Assembly: GCA_016187485.1 (NCBI GenBank)
Contig: JACPJO010000003.1
Span: 25,587-89,586, forward strand
Direction: 5' to 3'
Length of the DNA: 64,000 bases
Origin: Candidatus Uhrbacteria bacterium
GTDB lineage: Bacteria; Patescibacteriota; Patescibacteriia; UBA9934; UBA10169
A model generated the notes under the pieces. That model worked only from the letters and a program-made list of their open reading frames with translations. It was not told the DNA's origin and made no database searches. Of this stretch, positions 26,934 to 36,915 are shown piece after piece. Within the stretch, counting starts at the first letter, position 1, and the number at the start of each line of letters is the position of its first letter. The position numbers were made by a program, and so were the translations under genes.

Positions 26934-27473
26934 GTGTCTATCACTTTCGTTACGGGAAATCAGGACAAAGCGGATTATCTTGCGCGGTACTTGGGTATGC
27001 CGCTTGAACATACAAAACTTACGCTTGAAGAAATCCAATCACTTGATTTACAAAAAATTGTCGAACACAAGGCGCGACAAGCATACACACAACTACAACG
27101 ACCAGTAATCGTAGAGGACAACTCTGTAGAATTCGACGCCCTCGGTGGACTCCCGGGCCCGTTTATCAAGTTTTTTGTAGACCACGTCCCACTTGAAGTC
27201 ATCTGTGGAATGATACATGGCCAATCCCGTGGCGCAACCGCACGCACAGTTATGGGGTACTTCAACGGGACAGGACTGCGTCTTTTTGAAACGTCCTTGC
27301 GTGGATCAATCGCACAGGTGCCTGCTGGCGCAAACAGTTTTGGCTGGGACAAGATTTTTATTCCAGACGGCTACACCATCACCCGTGCGCAGATGGACGA
27401 CGCGGACTATCAGACAACGTATCTCAAAATTAAACCCCTTGCACAAGTAAAGGAATTTCTTTTAGAGGGGTAA
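26934..27473 (+). CDS. non-canonical purine NTP pyrophosphatase (RdgB/HAM1 ITPase family)
   Basis: ITFVTGNQDK near the N-terminus and EDNSVEFDALGGLPGPFIKFF match Ham1 motifs (TGNxxK, DDSGL...LxGxPGxYSAR). Confidence 0.85.
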   Translation: MSITFVTGNQDKADYLARYLGMPLEHTKLTLEEIQSLDLQKIVEHKARQAYTQLQRPVIVEDNSVEFDALGGLPGPFIKFFVDHVPLEVICGMIHGQSRGATARTVMGYFNGTGLRLFETSLRGSIAQVPAGANSFGWDKIFIPDGYTITRAQMDDADYQTTYLKIKPLAQVKEFLLEG

Positions 27474-27495
27474 GACCCAGCCCCTCTTTATTTAA
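27464..27495. terminator. bidirectional intrinsic terminator
   Basis: AGAGGGG-UAAGACCCAG-CCCCUCU flanked by U runs on both strands, between convergent genes. Confidence 0.45.
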
Positions 27496-27788
27496 TGGGT
27501 AACGTGTTTCGCCACTGCTCCCTGGAGCAGACGGTAAACAGAGCGATGCTCTTTTTTGTATATAGTAAGAATTCCCAAACGTTTTGCGCATCCCACGCAT
27601 GTCAAATTCTGCGTGGACTTTGTCCACCCCTGCATTCTATCTATATACAAGCGTTTAAGGCTTCCTGTGCCGTCCTTTTGGTACAGGCACACGCGTTCAC
27701 CGCATGCGGCGCAACGGATGTCGAGGAGACGGGAGTGCCCCCCGCGGGCCTTCTTAAACCGATCGGATTTTAAGGCGGACTTTTTCAT
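27492..27788 (-). CDS. small zinc-ribbon protein (98 aa)
   Basis: Two CxxC pairs (CAACGERVC...CVGCAKRL). Chosen over the overlapping plus-strand ORFs because of the motif and convergent terminator geometry. Weak call. Confidence 0.35.
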   Translation of the reverse strand: MKKSALKSDRFKKARGGHSRLLDIRCAACGERVCLYQKDGTGSLKRLYIDRMQGWTKSTQNLTCVGCAKRLGILTIYKKEHRSVYRLLQGAVAKHVTH

Positions 27789-27833
27789 GAAGGTCTATTA
27801 TAGCGGAGGGTTGTGCTCTCTGTGTAGCACCCC

Positions 27834-27862
27834 CTTGCGCCCAAGGTGAAAGTGGCTATAAT
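27834..27862 (+). promoter_or_regulatory. candidate promoter TTGCGC-N17-TATAAT for the liv-like operon
   Basis: Hexamers at 27834-27839 and 27857-27862, 31 nt before the LivK start. Confidence 0.35.
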
Positions 27863-27893
27863 GGCCTCATCCTTTGAAAATTAATCAAAGCAT

Positions 27894-29057
27894 ATGTCAT
27901 CAGCAACCAAGGTACTGTTGAGTTTCATCCTTGGGGTCATTGTGGGCTGGGCAGGCTTCGCGGCCTACGGCAACAATGCAGCTCCATTGGACGAGGAGGG
28001 TGGGGAGGAACGGGCGGATATCGAGGCTTCCGAGCCGATTACGCTCGGCTTTATTGGCCCTCTCACTGGGGATGCGGCGTCGCTGGGGCTCGCCTCGCGC
28101 GCGGCCGTAGAGCTGGCGGTGGAGGACGTCAACCAGGACGGAGGAGTGAACGGACACCGCTTGGAGGTCATTTATGAAGACGGTCAATGCAACCCAACCG
28201 CGGGGACCAACGCGGCGGCGAAGCTCATGAACGTGGACAAGGTACCACTCATCATCGGTGGCTTGTGCTCCAGCGAGACGTCGGCCTTTGGCCCGGCAGC
28301 CATGCAGAACAAGACGGTAGTACTTTCGTACTGCTCGTCCGCGCCGTCTCTGTCGGATCTCGGAAAGTATTTCTTCCGCGACTATCCGTCTGACTTGGGA
28401 CAAGGAAAGGTGGCGGCAGAGTATGCCTTCGAAAAACTCAAAGCCCAGAACGTTGCTGTTTTGTTCCACGACACAGCGTGGGGAACAGGACTTCGGGACG
28501 TGTTCAAGGGGCGCTTTGAAGAACTTGGCGGAAAAATCGTAAGCGTGGACGGAGCGCCGCAAGATTCGCGTGACTACCGCACTGTGCTCACCAAGATTAA
28601 GAACTCCGCGCCTGATGTCATTTACTTTGCCGGCTATCCGGAGGGCAGCATCGCGGCCTTGAAGCAAGCGAACGAGCTTGGGATTACTACACAGTTCCTC
28701 GGCGGGGATGCATGGGACGACCCGAAGCTGCACACAGAAGTGAGCGGAAAGGGATCCTATCGCTATGTCGTGCCTGTGGCGAACTTCCCTGAAGATTTCA
28801 AGAGTCGGTTGCTTGGAAAGACGGGCGGCGAGCAAGTGCCGATCTGCGCCCCGCAGGCTTATGATGCGGTGAAAGTTGCCACGGAAGTGCTGAAGGCCGT
28901 TGGTACGGATCCAGATAAGATTGAGCAAGCAATGCGCAAAGTGAATTACTACGGCGTCTCCGGCCAGATTGCTTTCGACGAAAAAGGAGATTTGACGAGC
29001 GGCTCGTATGCGATCCGCGAAGTGAGGGGGGGAAGTTCCGTCGAGGTAAGCGAATAG
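27894..29057 (+). CDS. branched-chain amino acid ABC transporter substrate-binding protein (LivJ/K-like, type I PBP)
   Basis: N-terminal TM/signal anchor, then ITLGFIGPLTGDAASLG...VNGHRLEV typical of LivK-family binding proteins. Confidence 0.8.
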   Translation: MSSATKVLLSFILGVIVGWAGFAAYGNNAAPLDEEGGEERADIEASEPITLGFIGPLTGDAASLGLASRAAVELAVEDVNQDGGVNGHRLEVIYEDGQCNPTAGTNAAAKLMNVDKVPLIIGGLCSSETSAFGPAAMQNKTVVLSYCSSAPSLSDLGKYFFRDYPSDLGQGKVAAEYAFEKLKAQNVAVLFHDTAWGTGLRDVFKGRFEELGGKIVSVDGAPQDSRDYRTVLTKIKNSAPDVIYFAGYPEGSIAALKQANELGITTQFLGGDAWDDPKLHTEVSGKGSYRYVVPVANFPEDFKSRLLGKTGGEQVPICAPQAYDAVKVATEVLKAVGTDPDKIEQAMRKVNYYGVSGQIAFDEKGDLTSGSYAIREVRGGSSVEVSE

Positions 29058-29108
29058 GGAAAAACAAAACAGCCCACAGGGCTGTTTTGTTATTGGGCGC
29101 GTTTTGTT

Positions 29109-29984
29109 ATGATTTCGCCCATGGCTGTCTTTTTCCAACTCCTTGCAAACGGTCTTGTGGCCGCCGCGCTTTATGGCATTTCCGCCATTGGGTTTGGACT
29201 CGTCATCCGTACGGGGAAGTTTTTCAATTTGGCTCATGGAGCCTTTGCGGTCATCGGTGCCTACACGGCGTTTGCGTTCGTCCGTCTCGGTTTGCCGTTT
29301 GGGTGGACGGTACTCCTTTCGCTTACCGCCGCCGTTATCTCTGGCGCGCTGAGTTATGCGCTTGTTATTTTACCTTTGCGGCGCCGGTCGGCTTCTTCGC
29401 TTGTCCTTCTTATCGCTACGCTTGGCGTTTTCACGTTTGTTCCCCCGATGCTTGCCATCGCCTTTGGCAGTGAATACTATTTGCTCCACATCCCGCTGTT
29501 CTTTTCCCGCGTCGTCTCTCTTGCCGGTGCGGCTGTCACTCTGTGGCAGATCACCTTCATGTTGATTTTCGTGCTCCTTATTGTTGGGACCGCGCTTTTT
29601 CTTCGCTATACGGCCTTTGGAAAAGCTGTGCGCGCCGTAAGCGACGATGAAGAGGTTTCAAAGATCATCGGCATTAACACAGATCGTGTCGTTTTCGTGG
29701 TCATTCTTTTCGCGGCTTTTACCGCGGGACTCGCTGGTCTTTTCAAGGCGGGCGACCTGGGACTTGAGCCCACCATGGGGTTCACTCTCTTGCTTGAGAC
29801 TCTCATTGTGGCCGTGGTGGGCGGGATGTACCGGCTTGGGGGAACCGTCATGGGAGCGCTTGTCCTCGGACTCGCGGAAAGTTTTGGTGTGTGGTTTGTG
29901 CCGAACGAATGGAAAGAGGCGATCTCGTTTGGGATTTTGATTCTCTTTTTACTGATCCGGCCGCAGGGGATTCTCTCACGTTGA
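29109..29984 (+). CDS. branched-chain amino acid ABC transporter permease (LivH-like)
   Basis: Polytopic. FFQLLANGLVAAALYGISAIGFGLV...FNLAHGAF is the LivH N-terminus. Confidence 0.8.
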   Translation: MISPMAVFFQLLANGLVAAALYGISAIGFGLVIRTGKFFNLAHGAFAVIGAYTAFAFVRLGLPFGWTVLLSLTAAVISGALSYALVILPLRRRSASSLVLLIATLGVFTFVPPMLAIAFGSEYYLLHIPLFFSRVVSLAGAAVTLWQITFMLIFVLLIVGTALFLRYTAFGKAVRAVSDDEEVSKIIGINTDRVVFVVILFAAFTAGLAGLFKAGDLGLEPTMGFTLLLETLIVAVVGGMYRLGGTVMGALVLGLAESFGVWFVPNEWKEAISFGILILFLLIRPQGILSR

Positions 29985-29985
29985 T

Positions 29986-30831
29986 ATGGAGTACGCACTT
30001 CATCTTTTCATATTTTCTGGCATCTCCGTCATTTTGGCACTTGCGCTCAACGCGGTGGTTGGGTTTAACGGTTTCCTCTCGCTTGCCTCACCGGCCTTTT
30101 ACGGTATCGGGGCCTATGCCGCGGCTATTTTTCTGAAGGACTATCACATCCCGTTTTTCTTTGCGCTTCTTCTTGCGATGATCGTCACGGCCGTACCCGC
30201 TGCGGGGATCGGACTTGTGCTCTCTCGCCTGAAGGAAGATTACTACATGCTCGCTTCGCTTGGATTTGCGTCTATTGCGCACCGGACGTTTGTGAACTGG
30301 CGATCCGTGACGAATGGATCGCTTGGATTTGCCGGCGTGCCGCGCGTTGGCGACATCGGTGAAGTAGCCTTGTGGACGCTTGGAGCGATCGTGGTGGTGT
30401 GGGGACTTCTTCATCTGCTTATGCGTTCGTCGTTTGGGAGAATCTTGCGCGCCATTCGGGAGGATGAACTTGTGACGGCGACTTTTGGCATCAAGACGGC
30501 CTACTTCAAATTAGCGATCTTCGTTATCTCTGCCATGTTTATGGCCCTCGGTGGCGCTATCTACGCCACGTATCTTACCTATGTTGATCCGGCCGCTTTT
30601 CATCCCGCTGTGGCGATCCTCTTGTTGGCGATGGTCGTCGTGGGGGGGCTTGCCAGTCTTCCCGGCGCGGTGCTTGGCGCAGTAGTGCTGAATCTTCTGC
30701 CGGAGCTTCTGCGATTTTTCGGATTCCCTCCGTCCGTGATCGGACAAGTGCGTTTGGCGCTTTACGGACTCGTCCTCACGCTTCTTATGCTCTATCGCCC
30801 CCGAGGATTTATGGGTGCGTACAAGCTCTAG
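29986..30831 (+). CDS. branched-chain amino acid ABC transporter permease (LivM-like)
   Basis: Polytopic, with GFNGFLSLASPAFYGIGAYAAAI. 1-nt gap after livH-like. Confidence 0.8.
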   Translation: MEYALHLFIFSGISVILALALNAVVGFNGFLSLASPAFYGIGAYAAAIFLKDYHIPFFFALLLAMIVTAVPAAGIGLVLSRLKEDYYMLASLGFASIAHRTFVNWRSVTNGSLGFAGVPRVGDIGEVALWTLGAIVVVWGLLHLLMRSSFGRILRAIREDELVTATFGIKTAYFKLAIFVISAMFMALGGAIYATYLTYVDPAAFHPAVAILLLAMVVVGGLASLPGAVLGAVVLNLLPELLRFFGFPPSVIGQVRLALYGLVLTLLMLYRPRGFMGAYKL

Positions 30832-31564
30832 TATGTTTGCGATCGAAACAAAAAATCTCTCAAAACATTTCGGCGGCGTGTATGCAGTTGATCGTCTTTC
30901 GGTTTCAGTAGGGAAGGGGGCGATCACGAGTATTGTAGGGCCCAATGGGTCAGGGAAGACCACGCTCACGCACCTTCTTTCTGGGGTCTTGCCGTGGGAT
31001 GAAGGTACGGTGATCTTTGGTGGAAAAGAACTCAAGCGCTTGGCGCCCCACGCGGGGCGCGAACTCGGTGTGGCGCGTACCTTCCAGCACGTTCGCCTCT
31101 TTGAACAAATGAGCGTCTACGAAAATTTGACTCTTGTTTTGGCAAAACGCACCGTTCTTGCCTCTATCTTTGAGCAAAAGGGGAGTGGGCTGCAGGACAG
31201 AGCGAAAGAACTTCTTTTGCGCGTCGGTCTGTGGGAAAAACGCGATGCGCCAGCTGGAGAGCTTTCGTATGGGCAGCGCAAACTTTTGGAAGTGGCCCGC
31301 GTGCTTGGCGCACGAGCTCGCATTATTCTTTTCGATGAACCCTTTGCCGGACTCTTTCCCGGAATGGTCGAGATGCTCTGTGACGTTATGAGGGAGATGC
31401 GTGGGTCAGGGTGTTCTGTTGTGTTGATCGAACACAACATGAAAATCATCCGTGAGCTCTCCGACGAAGTTTTCGTGATGGATGCCGGAAAACTTCTTGC
31501 ATGCGGGAAACCGGCGGAGGTCCTTGCCCGCAAGGATGTACGCGAAGCGTATCTTGGCGTATGA
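30815..31564 (+). CDS. ABC transporter ATP-binding protein (LivG-like)
   Basis: Walker A GPNGSGKTT, signature LSYGQRKLLEVARVL, Walker B ILFDEP. An ATG at 30833 is an alternative start. Confidence 0.85.
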   Translation: MRTSSSMFAIETKNLSKHFGGVYAVDRLSVSVGKGAITSIVGPNGSGKTTLTHLLSGVLPWDEGTVIFGGKELKRLAPHAGRELGVARTFQHVRLFEQMSVYENLTLVLAKRTVLASIFEQKGSGLQDRAKELLLRVGLWEKRDAPAGELSYGQRKLLEVARVLGARARIILFDEPFAGLFPGMVEMLCDVMREMRGSGCSVVLIEHNMKIIRELSDEVFVMDAGKLLACGKPAEVLARKDVREAYLGV

Positions 31565-32289
31565 ACGGATCTACTCTCCAATTGGAAAAAATCTCGGTGT
31601 ACTATGGGGGTGTGCGTGCGCTTCATGATGTCTCGCTTAAGGTGGATGAGGGGGAAACCGTGGCGCTTCTTGGACCAAACGGCGCGGGGAAATCCACGGT
31701 GCTCAAAGCTATGTTTGGCCTTGTGCAGATGTCCTCTGGCCGAATGCTCTGGCAGGGAAGCACCCTTCGGCCCATCCCACACGAGGTTGTGCACAAAGGG
31801 ATTGCGTTCGTGCCGCAGGGACGGCGGGTTTTCGCCCACCTCTCGGTAGAGGAGAATTTGGATATTGGGGCATGGATTGTGACGGACAAAACGGAGCGCG
31901 AGCGGCGGAGCGAGGAGGTCATGCAGACGTTTCCGGCTCTTCGTGCAAAACGGCGTGCCGTGGCGGGGACGCTTTCTGGCGGGCAGCAGCAGATGCTGGC
32001 GATTGCGCGCGGTCTTATGACCGACCCCAAAATTCTGCTGCTCGATGAACCGTCACTGGGGCTTGCGCCAAAAATTGTGCGCGAGGTGTTTGCGGCCATC
32101 GGGAGCATTCATGAGCGGCACAAGACGGCAGTGGTCATTGTGGAGCACAACATTCCTTCTTTGCTGCCGATCGTGGACCGTGCCTACGTGCTTGATCGCG
32201 GAGAAGTGGTGGCGCAGGGAAGTGGGAAAGAAATTTTAGAGGGGGATACGCTTACGCGTGTTTTGCTTGGAGAGCCTGTGCATGTGTAG
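31561..32289 (+). CDS. ABC transporter ATP-binding protein (LivF-like)
   Basis: ATGA overlap with livG-like. Walker A GPNGAGKST, signature LSGGQQQMLAIARGL, Walker B LLLDEPS. Confidence 0.85.
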   Translation: MNGSTLQLEKISVYYGGVRALHDVSLKVDEGETVALLGPNGAGKSTVLKAMFGLVQMSSGRMLWQGSTLRPIPHEVVHKGIAFVPQGRRVFAHLSVEENLDIGAWIVTDKTERERRSEEVMQTFPALRAKRRAVAGTLSGGQQQMLAIARGLMTDPKILLLDEPSLGLAPKIVREVFAAIGSIHERHKTAVVIVEHNIPSLLPIVDRAYVLDRGEVVAQGSGKEILEGDTLTRVLLGEPVHV

Positions 32290-32295
32290 TAGAAT

Positions 32296-32775
32296 GTGGG
32301 GCGTATGGAGACGATTCTTTTGGAGTGGGAGGTGCCGGAGTATCAGCACTACGACCGTTCACGTCGGTGGTACGTGTGGTTTGGGATTGCCCTCGCCGTG
32401 CTGGTGGGGTACGCGATCTTCACCGCGAACTTCACTTTTGCCATCATTCTGGTCATGGGCGGCATCATCATGTTTTTGAGCACAGGGCGCGAGCCGGCCA
32501 AAGTGCCGTTTGCGGTAACGCCCGCCGGGTTTCTTATCGGCGAACATTTTCACCCCTATCATGAGTTCCGCAACTTTGCGATTCTCTACAACCCCCCGCA
32601 CGTCAAAAGTCTCTACCTCACATCGGATAAACGATTTCGCCCGGTGGTAACGATCTCGCTTCAGGACATGGATCCAAATACGGTGCGTGAGACGCTTATG
32701 GGGTATTTGCCCGAGGACTTAAACCGCACCGAGGAGACGCTGACAGAGATGGTCGCGAGAGTCGCAAAGTTGTAG
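32296..32775 (+). CDS. hypothetical two-TM membrane protein
   Basis: WYVWFGIALAVLVGYAIFTANFTFAIILVMGGIIMFL hydrophobic pair. Follows the liv-like operon. Confidence 0.45.
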   Translation: MGRMETILLEWEVPEYQHYDRSRRWYVWFGIALAVLVGYAIFTANFTFAIILVMGGIIMFLSTGREPAKVPFAVTPAGFLIGEHFHPYHEFRNFAILYNPPHVKSLYLTSDKRFRPVVTISLQDMDPNTVRETLMGYLPEDLNRTEETLTEMVARVAKL

Positions 32776-32834
32776 GGGAGGCAGAGACTTCACAAAACAA
32801 AGGAACTTCTATAGAATAGCGGAGCGCTGCGTAT

Positions 32835-32911
32835 GCGCCCGTAGCTCAGCTGGATAGAGCGTCAGGTTGCGGACCTGAAGGCCGCACGTTCGAGTCGTGC
32901 CGGGCGCACCA
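32835..32911 (+). tRNA. tRNA-Arg (anticodon GCG), CCA encoded
   Basis: Acceptor GCGCCCG/CGGGCGC, D arm GCUC-AGCUGGAUA-GAGC, anticodon stem UCAGG/CCUGA with loop UUGCGGA, T arm GCACG-UUCGAGU-CGUGC, discriminator A plus CCA. Confidence 0.8.
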
Positions 32912-32912
32912 A

Positions 32913-32944
32913 AAGAACTCCTAGACAGGAGTTCTTTTGTTTGT
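32913..32944 (+). terminator. rho-independent terminator after tRNA-Arg
   Basis: AAGAACUCC-UAGACA-GGAGUUCUU plus UUUGUUUG. Confidence 0.5.
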
Positions 32945-33044
32945 GGTGATGACACCGAGTGTTGTCAGTTGTTAACACGGAAAATCGAAAGCCACCTGTA
33001 TTGGTGGCCTGAAAGAAAAGGGCGGTTGCTTCTTGTAGCGAATG

Positions 33045-33512
33045 CTACCACACTTGGGCGAGCTTCTTGGCGAGCAGGTGCCGCTTCGTCCAGCTCACGA
33101 GCCAGCCGAAGGTGAGGAGGGAGGTGATGCTCTGGCGGAGCTTCGCATCGTCACGCGGCTCGTAGCCATCGAGAGTTTCGAGTTGGACGTTCGGGAAATA
33201 GCGTTGCCACATCCATCCCATCGTCTCTGCTTCCTCGCCCATCTGCGCTGCCCGCGATGCCCACGACCAGTTGAGCAGCTTGCCAAGCTCATCCGTGTCG
33301 AGGGGGAAGCCGAACCTTTCCTCGATGCGCCACGAGATCTCGAGGAAGTCGATGGATTCGAGGGTGAGGTCAGCGAAGAGAGTGGCTTCCTCGACAACCT
33401 CGTGTTCCTCCAGACCGCGCGTCTCCACCAAGATGATGCGGAGCGTGTCGACAACCTCTGCGTGTGACGGAGTCTTGGACACAGGAACCTCCGAGAACGG
33501 GTGTGCCGGCAT
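33045..33512 (-). CDS. acyl-carrier-protein-like (phosphopantetheine-binding) protein with about 80-aa C-terminal extension
   Basis: ATLFADLTLESIDFLEISWRIEERFG resembles the ACP DLGxDSLD Ser motif inside a four-helix-sized N-terminal domain. The hydrophobic tail ITSLLTFGWLVSW follows. Start moved to MPAHPF. Confidence 0.4.
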   Translation of the reverse strand: MPAHPFSEVPVSKTPSHAEVVDTLRIILVETRGLEEHEVVEEATLFADLTLESIDFLEISWRIEERFGFPLDTDELGKLLNWSWASRAAQMGEEAETMGWMWQRYFPNVQLETLDGYEPRDDAKLRQSITSLLTFGWLVSWTKRHLLAKKLAQVW

Positions 33513-33581
33513 CCTAGCGGAATACGAGATTTTTGCCAATATGACCGTGACGGTCACCACGCGCATTGATATGATACCGGC

Positions 33582-35636
33582 ATGCCGACTCTCTACGACA
33601 AAATCACCACGCTTCGAGGTCTGGGGCCGGTGGCGGCGCGGGCACTTTTGCAGGCCGGTGTAAAAACCGTACGTGACCTTTTGTCCTATCTTCCGTATCG
33701 ATACGAAGACTTCTCGCAGCGTAAACGTGTTAATGCTCTATTGGCAGGAGACACTGTGACGGTTTTTGTTGAGGTAGTATCTGTCAGGGCTCGACCGTCG
33801 TTTAAGAGCCGCGTCATGGTAACCGAAGCCACTGTTCGTGACGAGACAGGAACGCTTACGGTCAAATGGTTCAACCAGCCGTTTCTCGCAAAGACGTTCA
33901 AGCCCGGCATGCGGTTGGCGCTTGCTGGCACGGTGGATGCGCGCAAGGGACTGGTGCTTGTGAATCCGCGCTACGAGCGTGTGGGCGAAGAAGCGCCACT
34001 TCATACCGGACGCATCATTCCTCTCTATCCGCGCTCAAGCTCGCTTGGGGAGAAGCGTTTGCGTTCTGCTCTTGCGCAAGTCATACCTCTTGCAGATCGT
34101 CTGGAGGATCCTCTGCCTGCACAGATTCTGGATGCCGAAGGATTGCTCCCGCTTGGGACAGCCATGCGCCACATCCACTTTCCTGAACGCATGAAGGACG
34201 TGGATGCTGCTGTGTCGCGTCTCAAATTCGACGAACTGTTTTTGCACCAACTCTTTTTTGCACGCGTGCGTGCTGCACGACAGGAGGGGAGCGCGTATCA
34301 AATTCCCGTAGACGAAGTTGCTCTGCGCGCCTTTGTGTCGCGTCTGCCGTTTACTCTCACAGCGGAACAGAAACGTGCGGCGTGGGAAGTTATCCAGGAT
34401 CTCTCGCATGAACACCCCATGAATCGTCTTTTGGAAGGAGATGTCGGTTCCGGCAAAACCGTTGTGGCGGCCATGGCGATATGCTCTGTGCTGGAAGCGG
34501 GAAAGGAGGCCGTGTATTTGGCGCCCACAGAGATCCTTGCGGAGCAGCAGTATAAGAATCTGCGCCGCTTTTTGCCTGACGCCGATGTGATACTTCTCAC
34601 ACGTTCTCGTTGCCTACTCCGTGACGAAAAGGTGAGTCGTCCACGCGTGGCGGAGATCTTTCATACTCGCGGGCCATTTGTCGTCGTCTCCACGCATGCG
34701 ATTTTAGAGGATGCGTGGGATACCCCTCTGCTCGCGCTTGTCGTGGTGGACGAACAACATCGTTTCGGGGTGCGTGATCGCCACCGACTTCTTGCGCGCT
34801 ACGATATCGCCCCCCACCTTCTTTCCATGACCGCCACGCCCATCCCGCGGTCGCTTGCCCTTACGGTGCATGGAGATTTGGACATCTCCCTTATAAAAGA
34901 ACTTCCGAAAGGACGTCGTCCCGTGATGACACGGCTCGTGACTGACAGAGACGAAGGGGTGATGATGCGAAAAGTGCGTGAAGAGATCGATGTGGGTCAT
35001 GTTGTGTACGTGGTCTGTCCGCTTATTGATCCCTCGGATAAGCTCGGTGTCGCCTCGGTGGCCGAGACGGCGAGTCGGCTCGCCGCGGGATCGCTTAGGG
35101 GCGTAAAAATCGGACAACTTCACGGAAGGATGAAGACGGAGGAGAAGGAGGAAGTGATGGAAGCATTTCGTTCAGGCCACACACCGGTGCTGGTGGCCAC
35201 GTCGGTTGTTGAGGTTGGTATGGACGTGCCGAGTGCCACCATAATGGTGGTCGAGGCCGCCGAACGTTTTGGACTGGCGCAACTTCACCAATTGCGCGGA
35301 CGTGTAGGTCGCAGCGATGCTTTATCGTATTGCTTTTTGCGCACGTCGGGGGCACAGAGTGCTGCCTCAAAAGAGCGGTTGGGCGCCATGGTGCGATGTC
35401 AAAACGGGTTTGAACTTGCCGAAATGGATTTGAAATTCCGCGGGCCCGGCAATTTATTTGGAGATGCACAGTCGGGACTGCCAGACTTTCAACTCGCCAC
35501 GCTGGCAGATGTGTCGATTATGAAAAGCGCGCGTGATTGGGCCACGCGCCTGCTTGCCGAGGATCCAGAACTCTTGGTATACCCTACTCTACGCGAGCAT
35601 CTTAACGATGCCCTCGCCGACATCCATCTCGAATAG
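33582..35636 (+). CDS. recG: ATP-dependent DNA helicase RecG
   Basis: 684 aa. N-terminal wedge/OB region, helicase motifs GDVGSGKT (Walker A) and DEQHRFG (DEAH-like), and a C-terminal helicase domain. Confidence 0.9.
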   Translation: MPTLYDKITTLRGLGPVAARALLQAGVKTVRDLLSYLPYRYEDFSQRKRVNALLAGDTVTVFVEVVSVRARPSFKSRVMVTEATVRDETGTLTVKWFNQPFLAKTFKPGMRLALAGTVDARKGLVLVNPRYERVGEEAPLHTGRIIPLYPRSSSLGEKRLRSALAQVIPLADRLEDPLPAQILDAEGLLPLGTAMRHIHFPERMKDVDAAVSRLKFDELFLHQLFFARVRAARQEGSAYQIPVDEVALRAFVSRLPFTLTAEQKRAAWEVIQDLSHEHPMNRLLEGDVGSGKTVVAAMAICSVLEAGKEAVYLAPTEILAEQQYKNLRRFLPDADVILLTRSRCLLRDEKVSRPRVAEIFHTRGPFVVVSTHAILEDAWDTPLLALVVVDEQHRFGVRDRHRLLARYDIAPHLLSMTATPIPRSLALTVHGDLDISLIKELPKGRRPVMTRLVTDRDEGVMMRKVREEIDVGHVVYVVCPLIDPSDKLGVASVAETASRLAAGSLRGVKIGQLHGRMKTEEKEEVMEAFRSGHTPVLVATSVVEVGMDVPSATIMVVEAAERFGLAQLHQLRGRVGRSDALSYCFLRTSGAQSAASKERLGAMVRCQNGFELAEMDLKFRGPGNLFGDAQSGLPDFQLATLADVSIMKSARDWATRLLAEDPELLVYPTLREHLNDALADIHLE

Positions 35637-35656
35637 GTCGGTACCTGGTACCGCCG

Positions 35657-36880
35657 TCACTTCAGGCAATCGATGAGGATTCGGGCATGCTCTGGAGATA
35701 TGGCGCGGTCGAATCCCAAGCGTTTCGCCTCTTTTGTACGCCGATCGACACCGGGGACACGGCGGATCTCACCCGACAGTCCTACTTCACCAAACACGAC
35801 CGTCTTTTCGGCGGTGGGCTTATCCGAAAGCGCGCTTGCAATCGCCAAACATACGGCCAAATCTGCCGCAGGCTCTTGCAGGCGTAGGCCGCCCACCACG
35901 TTTACATATACGTCTTTGTCGGCGAGTTTGAGTCCAGCCCGCCGCGACAAAATGGCGCATAACATAAGGAGCCGGGAGACGAGTGCTTGTACTTCCACCA
36001 AAAACACACGCGACCCCTCAAGTGCCGCCGTGATGACAGATCCCGCAGCTGCAACGCGCTCCTCTAAAAAATAACTTGAGGGATTTGCTACCTCGACAAG
36101 TCCACCCTGCTGCATGTCAAACACGCCGACTTCGTCGGTGCTCCCAAAGCGATTTTTGCTTGCGCGCAAGATGCGTGACGACATGGCTGCTTCACCTTCT
36201 AGAACCAGAACTACATCAACCAAATGTTCCAGCGTCTTGGGACCTGCGGCTGCCCCGTCTTTCGTCACTTGGCCGATGAGGAGGATGCATGCTCCGGTAG
36301 TTTTGGCGGTCTGCACAAGAAGACTCGTTGCGTAACGCACGAGGGAGGCGCCACCCTCGGCCAAATCGGCAGCTGAGGACGTGAGGGTTTGGACGGAGTC
36401 TACAATGACAACACGCGGTCGGCTTTCGTTTATACTTGCACAGAGTGCCTCGACATCTGTTTCGCTTGAAAAAGAAAAATGCGACAGGCCGCAGTCGATC
36501 CTACCTAGCCGTGTGGCAAGTTGGTGAGCGGACTCTTCTCCCGATGCGTAGAGCGTGGGTTTCTCCGTTGTCCCCATGCGATTTCCCACAATAGCGGCAA
36601 GCGTAGATTTTCCGATTCCTGGCTCTCCGAACAACAATACAGCACTTCCCGTGACCAGTCCGCCGCCCAGCACGCGATCCCACTCCTCCATGCCGGAAGA
36701 TTGCCGTGCCGCCGCTCCTTGCTCGATTGTGAGAGGAGCGAAAATGGCCGGAGCTACATGTGAGAGCGCCCTCTTTCCGCTTACCCCCGCCTCCTCTACA
36801 AGCGTGCCCCACCCCTGGCAGGTAGGACACCGCCCGCTCCATTTCGGTTGTTGGCTGTCACATTTGGTGCAGGAGAACAT
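35657..36880 (-). CDS. radA: DNA repair protein RadA/Sms
   Basis: N-terminal zinc finger CTKCDSQQPKWSGRCPTCQGW, Walker A GEPGIGKST, and a C-terminal Lon-like domain. The track start (GTG at 36931) is the alternative. Confidence 0.85.
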   Translation of the reverse strand: MFSCTKCDSQQPKWSGRCPTCQGWGTLVEEAGVSGKRALSHVAPAIFAPLTIEQGAAARQSSGMEEWDRVLGGGLVTGSAVLLFGEPGIGKSTLAAIVGNRMGTTEKPTLYASGEESAHQLATRLGRIDCGLSHFSFSSETDVEALCASINESRPRVVIVDSVQTLTSSAADLAEGGASLVRYATSLLVQTAKTTGACILLIGQVTKDGAAAGPKTLEHLVDVVLVLEGEAAMSSRILRASKNRFGSTDEVGVFDMQQGGLVEVANPSSYFLEERVAAAGSVITAALEGSRVFLVEVQALVSRLLMLCAILSRRAGLKLADKDVYVNVVGGLRLQEPAADLAVCLAIASALSDKPTAEKTVVFGEVGLSGEIRRVPGVDRRTKEAKRLGFDRAISPEHARILIDCLK

Positions 36881-36915
36881 AGGTAGGCGAGAGAGAACGA
36901 GGCAACGTAACAACT

